Assembly (NCBI GenBank): GCA_002269645.1
Contig: NIVC01004520.1
Location: forward strand, 1-43,452
Direction of reading: 5' to 3'
Length of the DNA: 43,452 nt
Source: Macrostomum lignano
Taxonomy: Eukaryota
Shown here: piece by piece, positions 23,206-33,947 of the stretch
How positions within the stretch are numbered: the first letter of the stretch is position 1
Layout of the letters: every line of letters starts with the position of its first letter
Made by a program: the position numbers and the translations under genes
Notes under the pieces: generated by a model
Database searches by the model: none
Told to the model about the DNA's origin: nothing
What the model saw: the letters and a program-made list of their open reading frames with translations, nothing else

Positions 23206-23293
23206 GACCTCCATCGACGTCGATGACGGCCGATGTTCCCGACCTCCATCGACGTCGATGATGGCCGACGTTCCCGATCTCAATCGACGTCGA
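23206..23293. repeat. 2.5 copies of a 35-bp unit containing the palindrome CATCGACGTCGATG
   Basis: Units start at 23206, 23241 and 23276. Confidence 0.85.
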
Positions 23294-23939
23294 AAACAAT
23301 ACATGCAGATATATGCAATTTATTGCACGAAACTTCATCCGACGTATGACGTCGTTATCCATCGATTTATATTAATGTATGACGCATCGGAGTGCTGTAA
23401 TCCGTCGCCGACGTCGGATTGCTCTACGATGGACATTCAGGAAGAGCTGTTCGATCAAGATGCTCTTCAGAGAAACTACATGTAGTTTAAAAAATCTTAA
23501 CAGTGCGCAAGTGGTTAATTTGTGAGGTTCGGGGGGGGGGGGGGTGGAAGCTGTGTATGTATTGGAAGACAAAGAGCAGCGCTCCCAAAGGCCGAAGAAC
23601 ATGCAGCAATTTGTTACAAGCGGTGGAAAAGCCGAAAGTGTGTTGAAGGATTTCGTGAAAGAGGACTTTTTCGTTACCCTAAGGCTCATTCGGTCCTGAT
23701 TGAAAATACATCATTAAAATTCTTCATTTTCATTCAGAAAAATGTAAAGTAAATTAAACTGTAATGTCGGAGTTGCCTGCCCAGTAGGCAGCGTTTACCA
23801 GTATACATGTAGAATACGAAATTCAATTGCTCAAGTCTTAGCGTGCTCAAACGATTGCTTTCCCCTGACAGTGCCTCTTCAATAGAAGTTCAGAGTGCCC
23901 GCTCACTTTTCGCAAAGTTGAGCCCCGATCCTACCAATG

Positions 23940-24719
23940 CCCAGTTTGCTGCGGGCATCTGTCTCTGTCTCTGTCTCCTGCCTCTGTTTCGTCTCTAGTG
24001 TTCCTAGTGGTCCTTGCTCCAGATTTGGAGTGCCATTCTGTTTTCCGGTCCCAGGTCACGAGTGCCTTCACTTGTGGGCCTTTTCCCCCTGTCACATGAC
24101 ATGTGAGCCTGTCATGTGAGCCAGTCACATGACAGGGCCTTCTTCCTTCTTTAGTCCAAAGTGCAATGGTTTCATCATGGGCTCGCGTTTGGGGACATCA
24201 CGTGCGCTAGGACCCCTGCTTCCTCTGAGGCAGAACCCGCTCGCTTGTTGCTAAAAATAGCAACAGAGTCACTCCTGACTCTCAGCGGGGGTCTTTCTTG
24301 CTATGTGTAATCGATTCTCCCTATAAATGCAGCCCCTCTCATGGCTTGGTTCAGACAAGCCCGTTTTCCGCCTGCGTGCCCGCTTTCCGAGCCCGTTCCT
24401 CAGCCCTTCCTCCGAGATTTCTCTCTCAGTCAGTCTCTAAGTTTGTGTGCCAAGTTTGCGCCTAAGTTTGAACTTCCAAGTCTCCCGACTTTGCGCGTGC
24501 CTGCCTCGAATCGCTCCTGCTATCTATTAGCAGGCCAGCTTAGATCGCCCGAAGCTAGCACCATCGCTCTAACCCCGCACTAGCCCGGCAGGGACTGCTG
24601 ACTGTGGACGCCTCTGCTCGAGAACTGCTAAACCTGCACAAAGTGCTTGACTTTCTCTCGTCTTAGTTATTTGCTTCTACGAGATCAGCACCTCACCAAA
24701 GGCTGCGACTCTACGAAGC
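23940..24719 (+). mobile_element. LTR-like unit followed by a tRNA-Leu-type PBS (24720-24729); inverted relative of 13698-14561
   Basis: Same motif order as the 14-kb copy: pyrimidine-rich stretch, GTCACATGACAG, TTGCTAAAAATAGCAAC, CTATAAAT near 24320, then an identical 22-mer TGGTGGCAGCACTACCTACGCT. The 5' boundary is approximate. Confidence 0.6.
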
Positions 24720-24754
24720 TGGTGGCAGCACTACCTACGCTTCAAGTACTGTTT

Positions 24755-26055
24755 CAGCAAGCATCACATGGCATCAGCAGCATCACATGGCATCAGCAAG
24801 CATCACATGGCATCAGCGGCATCACATGGCATCAGCGGCATCACATGGCATCAGCAAGCATCACATGGCATCAGCGACATCACATGATGGCATCAGAAAG
24901 CATCACATAGCATCAGCAAGCATCACATGGCATCAGCAGGCATCACATGGCATCAGCAGCATCACATGGCATCAGCAGCATCACATGGCATCAGCAAGCA
25001 TCACATGGCATCAGCGGCATCACATGATGGCATCAGCAGCATCACATGGCATCAGCAGCATCACATGGCATCAGCAAGCATCACATGGCATCAGCGGCAT
25101 CACATGATGGCATCAGCAGCATCACATAGCATCAGCAAGCATCACATGGCATCAGCAGGCATCACATGGCATCAGCAGCATCACATGGCATCAGCAGCAT
25201 CACATGGCATCAGCAAGCATCACATGGCATCAGCGGCATCACATAGCATCAGCAAGCATCACATGGGGTGGCATCAGCAAGCATCACATGGCATCATCGG
25301 CATCACATGGCATCAGCGGCATCACATGGCATCAGCGGCATCACATGATGGCATCAGAAAGCATCACATAGCATCAGCAAGCATCACATGGCATCAGCAG
25401 GCATCACATGGCATCAGCAGGATCACATGGCATCAGCAAGCATCACATGGCATCAGCAGCATCACATGGCATCAGCAGCATCACATGGCATCAGCAAGCA
25501 TCACATGGCATCAGCGGCATCACATAGCATCAGCAAGCATCACATGGCATCAGCGGCATCACATGGTGGCATCAGCAAGCATCACATGGCATCATCATCA
25601 CATGGCATCAGCGCATCACATGGCATCAGCGGCATCACATGCATGGCATCACATGGCAAAGCATCACATAGGCATCAGCATCACATGGCATCAGCAGCAT
25701 CAGCATCAGCATCACATGGCATCAGCAGGATCACATGGCATCAGCAAGCATCACATGGCATCAGCAGCATCACATGGCATCAGCAGCATCACATGCATCA
25801 GCATCAGGCATCAGCATCACATGGCATCAGCAGGCATCACATCACATGGCATCAGCAAGCATCACATGGCATCGGCGGCATCACATGGTGATATCGCAAG
25901 CATCACATGGCATCATCGGCATCACATGCATCAGCAGCATCACATGGAAGCAAGCATCACATGGAATCAGCAGCATCACATAGCATCACATGGCATCAGC
26001 AAGCATCACATGGCATCAGCAGCATCACATGGCATCAGCAAGCATCACATGGCAT
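24755..26055. repeat. 19/20-bp minisatellite (GCATCACATGGCATCAGC[A/AA/G/AG]), about 65 units
   Basis: Direct reading. Variant units recur in a higher-order order in the first 800 bp; the right third is degenerate. Confidence 0.97.
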
Positions 26056-26425
26056 GAAAACCGAACGCCTCGAATTCGCAAATCGTAAGATATCGATCGC
26101 CGCCAGTAATGCGTTGGAAAATTCTGACGCGCGAGCCGAGCCGATGGCGTTGCAGGTGAAGTTGGCCACGGTGAACGGCACGCTGAATCTCACTTGGTTG
26201 CACACGGACCCGTCCACCAGGATGTCGAATAAGTTGAGCCTCTCGGCGCAGCAGTCCTGCCTGTTGTAGATGGTAATGAACGACACGAACGATGGTGCTG
26301 CAAGAGCGGCCTCCCACCACTCGTTTTCGTAGTTTATTAGAGTGTGCGAGCATGACCCAGCAAACCTGTCCGGGTTTTTGTTGCCGTCGATGCCCCCCGC
26401 TTGTGCAGCTGCAGCTTGGTGCGAT
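26045..26425 (-). pseudogene. F-type lectin (fucolectin) domain exon, frameshifted
   Basis: GIDGNKNPDRFAGSCSHT..EWWEAAL..ITIYNRQDCCAERL..YLTICEFEAFG carries the H..RxDx4R fucose-binding signature. Phase-1 acceptor ctgctgcAG at 26427-26426. Lesions: a frameshift near the G-run at 26399-26394 and a 5-bp GGCTC duplication near 26135. Confidence 0.88.
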
Positions 26426-27535
26426 CTGCAGCAGGAACAGAATACATGGCCTGCGTAATGGGCCTCCTCAATACGTGCAGCGCAGTACTAAATGTGTCTG
26501 AATCTCGCGCAACAAATCCCAGTTTGATTCATTTGGGGCCTGTAGCTCGATGGGTTGTCGTGCGATTCACCACCCGTGAGGGTCAACCCAACATGGCACA
26601 GAGAGTGCACATGCCTGACGATTAGAAAGTCAAGTCAGGGCCGCTGTACAGCCTGTGTGAGCGAGTGTGTGCCTGTGTACAGTCTTTGTGCGCTTGTATG
26701 TGCTCAGAAGTCAGCGGGAGGGCAGAATTGCCTCACTATGGTTGCGGCACGGTATCGCTGAAGATGTTTCGTCAGTGTCCCCCAACCCTCTTGCGAATGT
26801 GTATGTTTTTCGTAGACAGGATTCCAGAATGCCTTGCTGAATCTAGTAGGAGAGGGAATCCGGCCATCACAATGTCCTTCTCGTGAGCCACGAGTGCTCT
26901 CCGAGCAGTCAGTCTCAAGGGTCATCTCCTATTATTATTATTAATATTATTATTATTATCATATCAAACTCACTACGGAGTGGTCAAAGACCAATAACAC
27001 CAATCGTGCCCCATGGCTACGAAGGGTTATAGTGAAAAGTAGTGAAAGAATACAAAGTTAGACGATGGAAGGAGAGCAAGACAAAGAAAATAAAAGTCAA
27101 AATATTGATCAATGTGGTCTTTGAGAACTTGACATTTGAAAATAGATGACTTGATGCCATGATTAGCTAATGCTGCAGGTAGAGCATTCCTTAATTTATA
27201 GTATGTGGGAGTGAAGCACTCCTTTCAAGGAGGTTTCGAAGGAGGAGCTGTGCTGTTTGCTGTTAGAACGGACACCATGGTGTGACTGTAGAGCAAACGG
27301 AGGGAGAGGCTCATGCTTGGGCGCAACCTAGGGATCCACCCGGCCGTTTCTATTGGCAACACACGCATGTAAGTCGCTATGCGTACAACATCAAATGTGC
27401 ATGGTGCGACTTTAGCCACCATTCTGACTCAGCTCAATAATTCAATAAATATACTAATCGCTATTATTCTCGCCTTCAAGCTTTCGGCAACTATCGACTA
27501 CAACAAGCAGTCTAGCCTCGTTTCACTCACTACAG

Positions 27536-27586
27536 TGGCGTCGCAAGCAGGATACGAACCTGCGCGGGGAAACCCCATTGGATTTC
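27536..27586 (-). other. 51-nt copy of the 3' half of mature tRNA-Ser (extended PBS); not a tRNA gene
   Basis: Reverse complement is GAAATCCAATGGGGTTTCCCCGCGCAGGTTCGTATCCTGCTTGCGACGCCA: anticodon 3' side, long variable arm, T-arm, G73 and CCA. Confidence 0.9.
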
Positions 27587-29137
27587 CATTCCATCCGGGA
27601 CCAGCTCGTCGCGACATGCACCTCCGACAAACTGCGCAGACGGCTGCTCCAAGAAGCAGACATCACGCTGGAGGATGCCCTGCGGAAGGCCAGAGCATTC
27701 GAGGCTGCGGAAGAGCAGGCTGCTGAGATGGAGAAGACCACCGACGCCCAGGTAGCTAACCTGGCCAGGAGCAGCAAAACAGCGACAGACAGACGCGGAC
27801 CCGCCAGCGAACCGAGATCAAAGCCGAGCCAGATGAACATCTGCTACCGATGCGGCGAGCGTGGCCACGCCACCTGCGACGCAGCCAGAGGCAGGATCTG
27901 CAATAACTGCGGTAAGCCAAATCACCTGGCCAAGGCGTGCCGTCAACCGTGCTCAGCCAGCAGCAGAGCCCGGCAGCAGATTCACGCCAACGCAGACTGC
28001 ACGGTCCCTGACGCCGTCGCCAGCGAAGACGTGTTCACCCTGCACAGAAACGGCACCTACCCGGCTGAGGTCTCGCTGAAAGTCCAAGTGGGAAGTCGGC
28101 AGCTCTCGATGATGATCGACAGCGGTGCCAGCTGCAGCATTATGAGCAGCCGCACTTTCAAGACGCTCAATCGGCCTCACCTGCGAACTCCAGAATCAGA
28201 AGTCAGAGCCTATGGCTGCTCTGCACCACTCAACATCTTCGGAATCGCCGACCTGGAAGTTCGCGTCGGAGCAGTCAGCACCGTCGTGCCCTTCCACATC
28301 ATGGATGGCGATGGTCTCACAATACTCGGTCGCGATCCCACATTCAGGCTCGGAGTTCTCAAAATTCAGCGCCCGGAGTTCAATGCGACGGAAGCCGTGA
28401 ATTCGAACAGCGACTCGGCGCGTCCGTCGCCACAGCTTCAGGACATTCTACACCGGCACAAAACAGTCTTCGAAGGCATCGGATGCATCAAAGGTGTACA
28501 GGTCAGAGTGCAGCTGTCAGACAACGCCGTGCCAGTCTGCCACGCGCCATCCCGGGTGGCGGCGCACCTGAGAGCAGCCGTGGTGGATGAGCTGAAGGCA
28601 CTGGAGCGGCAGGACATCATCGAGTCAGTCAAGGGTCCCAGCACCTGGGTGGCACGCATGGTCGTGGTGCCCAAGACCGATGGCGGCGTTAGGATCTGCC
28701 AAGACCTTCGCGACCTGAACGCCTTTGTGGTCCCCGAAAAGCAGCAGATTCCGACCCTGGACGAGGTCACCGAGGAGATGTCCGGAGCCAAGCTGTTCAG
28801 TGAGCTGGACATCCGGAAAGCCTTCTACCAGATTCCGGTGCACGAGGACAGCCGCCATCTCTTCACGTTTAGCACGCCGCTCGGACTGATGCGACTCAAG
28901 AGGCTGAGTATGGGCTTCACCAACGCTTCGGAGATCCTTCAGCGGGTCATGCTGGGCATCCTCAGCGGCATCGACGGTGTCAGGTGGGTCCACGACGACG
29001 TCATCGTCTACGCCGCGGATGCCAAGCAGCACCACGACAGACTGGACGCCTGCCTTCACCGCCTCCGCGAATTCGGCATCACGCTGAACAAGGTCAAGTG
29101 CAAGTTCGCCAAACCGGCTGTTGAATTTCTCGGGATG
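27578..29137 (+). pseudogene. Element A gag (C-terminal part)-protease-RT, cut at FLGM by the element B insertion
   Basis: RDQLVATCTSDKLRRRLL, CX2CX4HX3C and CX2CX4HX4C knuckles, IDSGASC, WVARMVVVPK, LSMGF, VHDDVIVY. Confidence 0.92.
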
Positions 29138-31603
29138 TGTTGTGTACGAAGCCGAGCGGCTCAATATCGCGCAAACCTAAACTTTGCCCAGAGGGCTGTG
29201 CCGCGCTTTAGCCCACGCGTATATTTCTACCATAGATAAGGTTATAAAGGTACTGAGCCCAATACCCAACATCTCCCCTTTTGATTCAAAACACAATGGG
29301 TCCTTCAGTCATAGGACTTCATTTGGGGGTTGACCTGAAGCCGAACAGGTTGTCGGCGGTTTCGTATGGGCCACCTCGTTTGCGGCTCGGGTTCTCTGGG
29401 CTTGCTATTCCGTCTTGCGTGCAACGATGTCGCATCACGATGTCGTGCTTCAGCTGCCAGGACCGGTAGTCTTCTTCTGAGCAATCTCCGATTTCTTCTC
29501 AGCACTCTACCGCTTGCCAGTTTGACCAGGAAGTCATTGTTTTTCATCGCTTCGACGATCACACCGTATCGATCCCACTTCTTGGTCTGGACGTCTTGCA
29601 CTGCAACTCTGTCTCGCATTTTCAGTCTTGGTAGTTAATGGGCTGCTTGGTCGAATGTCGGACTTGCACAGACTTCTTTCTTCGATGCCGATTGTTCGCA
29701 ACATTTTTACTGGGATCGCGTTGATAAACGCACCCGTGTCTGGCAGTGCGGGAATGACCCTCACTCCATCGTCAGTTTTGACGCTCAAACAACAACAACA
29801 ACAACAGAGTACGCTGTCAGTTCGCAAAAGCAGCGTCAGATGGCTCGCTTCGAAGCTTGGGCGCGAACAAAGGCCGCACCGCCGGCAGAGTCCGGGGCGC
29901 CGGCGTCAGCCAGCAGACAGTCGACGTAGCGCCGAGTCCTCGCCTGTCCCCGCCGGTAGGGTGCCTGCAACGTAAGTAGCAGCACCTCCTGCACCGGCTC
30001 CGGACAGTAGGCCTCGGCGCGGATGACGTGGCCTGCCAGCTGGAGTCGCCGACGGCGCAGCAGATCGCTAGGACGGGCCAGGCCGGCGCGATGATAGAGC
30101 GCCGTGTTGGTGACTCGCTCGTTGCCGATCTTGAAGGCGGCGCGCAGCAGGCCAGCGTGCGCCGCGTCAACTTGAGCCTCGAGCGAGTCTGTCAGCGTCC
30201 AGGTCTCGGCGTTGTATAACAGGACGGTCTCGATCACCGCCTGGAACAGCGCCGCCCTCTGGCGGTCCGGTAGGGCCTCGGACTGCAGGACTGACCTTAT
30301 AGAACGAAAGGCAGCCCAGGCAAGTCCTCGGCGACGCCGCAGATCCTCGCGGACGTCGGGAACCAGACCGCCGAGGTAGACGAACTGCTGACATCTTGGA
30401 AGCTCACTCGCCTGTCCGTTAGCGCCTCGGCAGAAGATTGCAGCCTCGGTGTCGTCCGGCACGCATAGCACGACGGTCTTCTGCGTGTTGACCACCAAAC
30501 GCAGAAGACCGTCGACGCTCAAACGCACACAGCTTGATGCGATTTCGCTATTCTCCGTCTTCGTTGCAGCAAAAATCGAATTCATATTATCGCTTGTCTT
30601 GTGTGGCTTTCCATTCCTGCATTGCTTAGCAAAATGGTTAGCCTTACCGCACTTGGTGCACGATTTCCCCCAGGCTGGACATTTCTCCTTTCCGCGTTCG
30701 TGCTCACATCCGCAGAATTTGCAGATTGGGTGCTTCGCCACTATCTGACTTCGTTGAGCGGGTCCACCTGCCTGGCGGGCATCTGCGGCGGCAGTTTGCT
30801 TGGCCTTCTTGTAGCTCGAAACTCTTCGAACTGCAGAGATTGTCGACGTCTCGCCCTTCATCGCGGCACAATTCTTCTTGGAGCTTTCCATTGACTCACA
30901 AATCGTCTTGGCTCTTTCTAGTGTCAGCTCGCTGCCTTCTTCCAGCAACTTCTCCACTGTGCTGTGATCTCGAAGCCCCATGACGATTCTGTCTCTGATC
31001 TGGCACTCCGCACATATACCACAGCAGCGCTCAAAGTTGCATCGCGATGCATTTCCTTTATTGCCACGTACCAGTCGCTGAACGATTGCCCTCCATCTGA
31101 TTCCGTAACGAAAACTCGCGGCGCTCGAATATTTCATTTCGCTGGCCCGTGATGAACAGCTCCAGGGCCTTGATGATCTCTCCGGCGTCGTTCTTGTTCT
31201 CCTCGGTCAGATGCGGCAAGCTGTCCACGACGCGCAGTGTCTCCATGCTCAGGCATTGGCGTAGCGCGAAAAGACGGTACTTCTTTTTCTCGTCCTCGTT
31301 GTCCAGACTGTTGAGTCCTGAGAGCTCCTCGAAGGCCTCCCACAGTAGCTTCCAATGTGGGTATAGCTCCTTCTGTGACTCGATGTCGAAGTGCGGCGCA
31401 CTTCGGACGTCGATCTTGGGTGCCATCTTGCACTTTTGGGCTTTTCACTTGGCTGCTTGCGATGCCATGTTGTGTACGAAGCCGAGCGGCTCAATATCGC
31501 GCAAACCTAAACTTTGCCCAGAGGGCTGTGCCGCGCTGTAGCCCACGCATATATTTCTACCATAGATATAAGGTTATAAGGGTACTGAGCCCAATACCCA
31601 ACA
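29138..31603 (-). mobile_element. Gypsy element B, non-autonomous deletion derivative (gag, protease start, integrase tail), inserted antisense in the RT of element A
   Basis: LTRs 29138-29271 and 31468-31603 (TGTTG..CAACA; 3 substitutions and one 2-bp indel). 5-bp TSD GGATG at 29133-29137 and 31604-31608. PBS TGGCATCGCAAGCAG; PPT AAGGGGAGA. gag MAPKID..; LPDTGA; VLRRNRRLL tail; no RT, RNase H or integrase core. Confidence 0.95.
29791..30513 (-). mobile_element. 5'-truncated RTE-like non-LTR retrotransposon inserted in element B
   Basis: FVYLG, LLYNAETWTL and LQLAGHVIR C-terminal RT motifs; (GTT)n tail; 11-bp TSD GACGCTCAAAC at 29780-29790 and 30514-30524. Removing it restores CVRLSV-KTDDGVRVIPALPDTGA. 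Confidence 0.92.
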
Positions 31604-31608
31604 GGATG

Positions 31609-33412
31609 CACCTGTCAGCCAAAGGCATCCAACCAGCTGCTGAGAAAATCCGCGCAATGCAAGACTTCCGGCAGCCCGCCAATGTCTCAGAAGTTCGGTC
31701 GTTTCTCGGCACCGCAACTTTCTGGCGAAATTCATCCCAAGATTCGCCGACGTGTCAGCCCCGCTGCGCCATTTGACCAAGAAGGGCCAGCCATGGGAAT
31801 GGACTGCCAGCCACACTGAGGCGTTCAGCACAATCAAGAAGGCCATCGCCGGAGCCGACACGCTGGCGTTCTTCGACCGCAAGCGGCAGACGGAGCTTCT
31901 GGTGGACGCATCTTCCATCGGTCTCGGCGCCATCCTCACCCAGAAGCAGCCAGACGGCAGCAGCAGACCCGTGGCCTACGCCAGATGTGTCAGCAGGTGC
32001 CGTGCCAAAGGATTCAGCCTTCAGCAGATCTGAGACTCTTCAAGGACTGACACGGAGATCCAGGCTGCACTCAGCGCGATCAAAACCGGCAGCTGAACAT
32101 GCTCGATCCGGTGCAACGCTCACTCAAGTCCAGCAGCAGCGAACTTTCCGAGAGCGACGGAATTCTGCTCCGCGGAGATCTCATCGTTGTCCCCGAGTCG
32201 CTGCGGAGACCGATACTGCAGCTGGCCCATACGGGACATCTCGGTGCGGACAGAACCCTGAAGTGACTGCAGACCAAAGTCTGGTGGCCAAAGATGCGCA
32301 GCGACTGCGAAGTATTCGTCAAGTGCTGTGTCGGTTGCCAAGCAGCGGCCACGCACGTGCACCAGACGCCTTTGAAGCCGACGGAGATGCCGGGCGGACC
32401 TTGGCAACTGCTCGGCATGGACTTCTACGGCCCGGTGCAAGGTCAGATGCTGCTGGTCACCACGGACCTGTGCTCCAAGTACCCGGAAGTCGACATCATG
32501 CAGTCAACGACGGCCGGCAACGTGACACCGCATCTGAGACGGCTGTTCGGTCGGCACGGCATCCCTGCTGAGGTCATCACGGACAACGGACCGCCCTTTA
32601 ACTCTGCCGACTTTCGCAGCTTCCTCAGCGGATACGGAGTTCATCATCGGCTCATCTGTCCGCTGCATCCGGAGTCCAACGGAGCCACCGAGCGTGTCAA
32701 CCGCAGCATCGGGAAGGTCGTGAAGACTGCTGTCGCTGAAGGTCGGAACTGGAGAGAGGCCCTGGACGACTGGCTTCTGGCGTTCCGCACAACGCCTCAC
32801 CGAGCAACTGGGCGGACTCCGGCCGAGCTCTTCATGGGCAGGCCGATCAACGACGGAATCCCAGCCAGCAGGCAGCCGAAGTCATCTGACGTCAGCCAGG
32901 AAGCCGTGAAAGATGAAGAGTGCGTTCGACAGGCGCTCGGCCGCAAAGAAGCACCGCATCGTTCCCGGCATGAGTGTTCTTCGCAAGCAGCAGGCACGCA
33001 AAAAACGCAGCTGCCATTCGAAACTCAGCCATGGACGGTGCAGGAGGTTCGAGGCGACACCTGCGTCCTACGGCGAGGCCAGCAGTATTGTATGCGGCAC
33101 GTGACCCAGCTGCGGCCTCTGATGGAACCGGCGGGCCAGTCCACCGGCCAGTCCACCGGCCAGTCAGCCGGCCAGTCCGCCGGCCAGTCCACCGGCCAGT
33201 CCGCCGGCCAGTCCGCCGGCCAGTCAGCCGGCCAGTCAGCCGGCCAGTCAGCCGCCGGCCAGTCAGCGCCGGCCAGTCCGACGGCCAGTCAGCTGGTCAG
33301 TCCGCCGGCCAGTCCGCCGGCCAGGCCGCTAGTGAAGAAGCAGAGTCTGTGGCTCAGAGACGGCATCCAAGAGCAGCCCGCGACACGCCGAAGTGTTATA
33401 CGAGTTAAGTAA
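31609..33412 (+). pseudogene. Element A RT end, RNase H (partly deleted) and integrase, with stops and frameshifts
   Basis: HLSAKGIQP resumes FLGM; LLVDASSIGLGAILTQ; AHTGHLG..CVGC; GPWQLLGMDFYGP; VITDNGPPF; ESNGATER. Confidence 0.92.
33134..33325 (+). repeat. 12-bp tandem repeat (GGCCAGTCMRCC) encoding (GQSA/T)n in the integrase tail
   Basis: Direct reading; in frame within ORF 32294..33412. Confidence 0.9.
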
Positions 33413-33947
33413 CTGATCCGCATTTCCTGAAGCGGCATAACTCAAGCTGAAGCGGTGTACTTCGTAAACAGTCAATTTTCTTTAGTTCGAAGTTTTTTTA
33501 ATTCCTTGGGGGGGAGAAGTGTAGGCAGCGCCTACTATCGTGTGTGTTGGGGGGTTGTTAGCGGCTGCGCTGCGTGACTCTGCTAGCTCAACCCTTATGC
33601 GTACAATATCAAATGTGCATGGTGCGACTTTAACCACCATTCTGACTCAGCTCAATAATTCAATAAATATACTGATCGCTATTATTCTCGCCTGCAAGCT
33701 TTCGGCAACTATCGACTACAACAAGCAGTCTAGCCTCGTTTCACTCACTACAGCAGCCTCTTTGCAATAGGGACGAGAATGGCCAGCATTTTGTCTGTCA
33801 CCGCCTCATCTTCAACAGCGATGCCATTGCTCAAAGCGGCCTCTCGGAAAAATACGATACGAGAATAAAATTTCAAAGGAGCTACTAAAAGGACTAAAGG
33901 ACTAAAGCTAAAAAAGGAGCAACTTTCTTCAGCTCGCGCGAACTTAC

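Larger units (their letters stand above)
27287..33752 (+). mobile_element. Gypsy element A (Mag-like: two CCHC knuckles, short LTRs), internally deleted and interrupted by element B
   Basis: LTRs 27287-27534 and 33520-33752 (both TGTAG..CTACA); PBS at 27536; gag CYRC/CNNC knuckles; protease IDSGA; RT VHDD; RNase H VDAS; integrase MDFYG, TDNG, NGATER; PPT GGGGGGGAGAAG. Confidence 0.93.

Noticed and set aside
11300-26055. CRISPR-like appearance of the regular arrays
   Set aside because: Units are contiguous with no unique spacers, there are no cas genes, and the DNA is eukaryotic.
24787-26057. 376-aa His/Ser/Ala-rich ORF and overlapping ORFs
   Set aside because: Unit lengths of 19-23 nt scramble the frame; no signal peptide or splice context. 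Artefact of a stop-poor satellite.
26560-26960. GC-balanced segment ending in (TTA)n, possible retroposon
   Set aside because: No coding motif, pol III boxes or TSD could be identified.
27536-27586. tRNA-Ser gene or SINE
   Set aside because: No 5' half or A-box, CCA is encoded, and it sits exactly at the PBS position.
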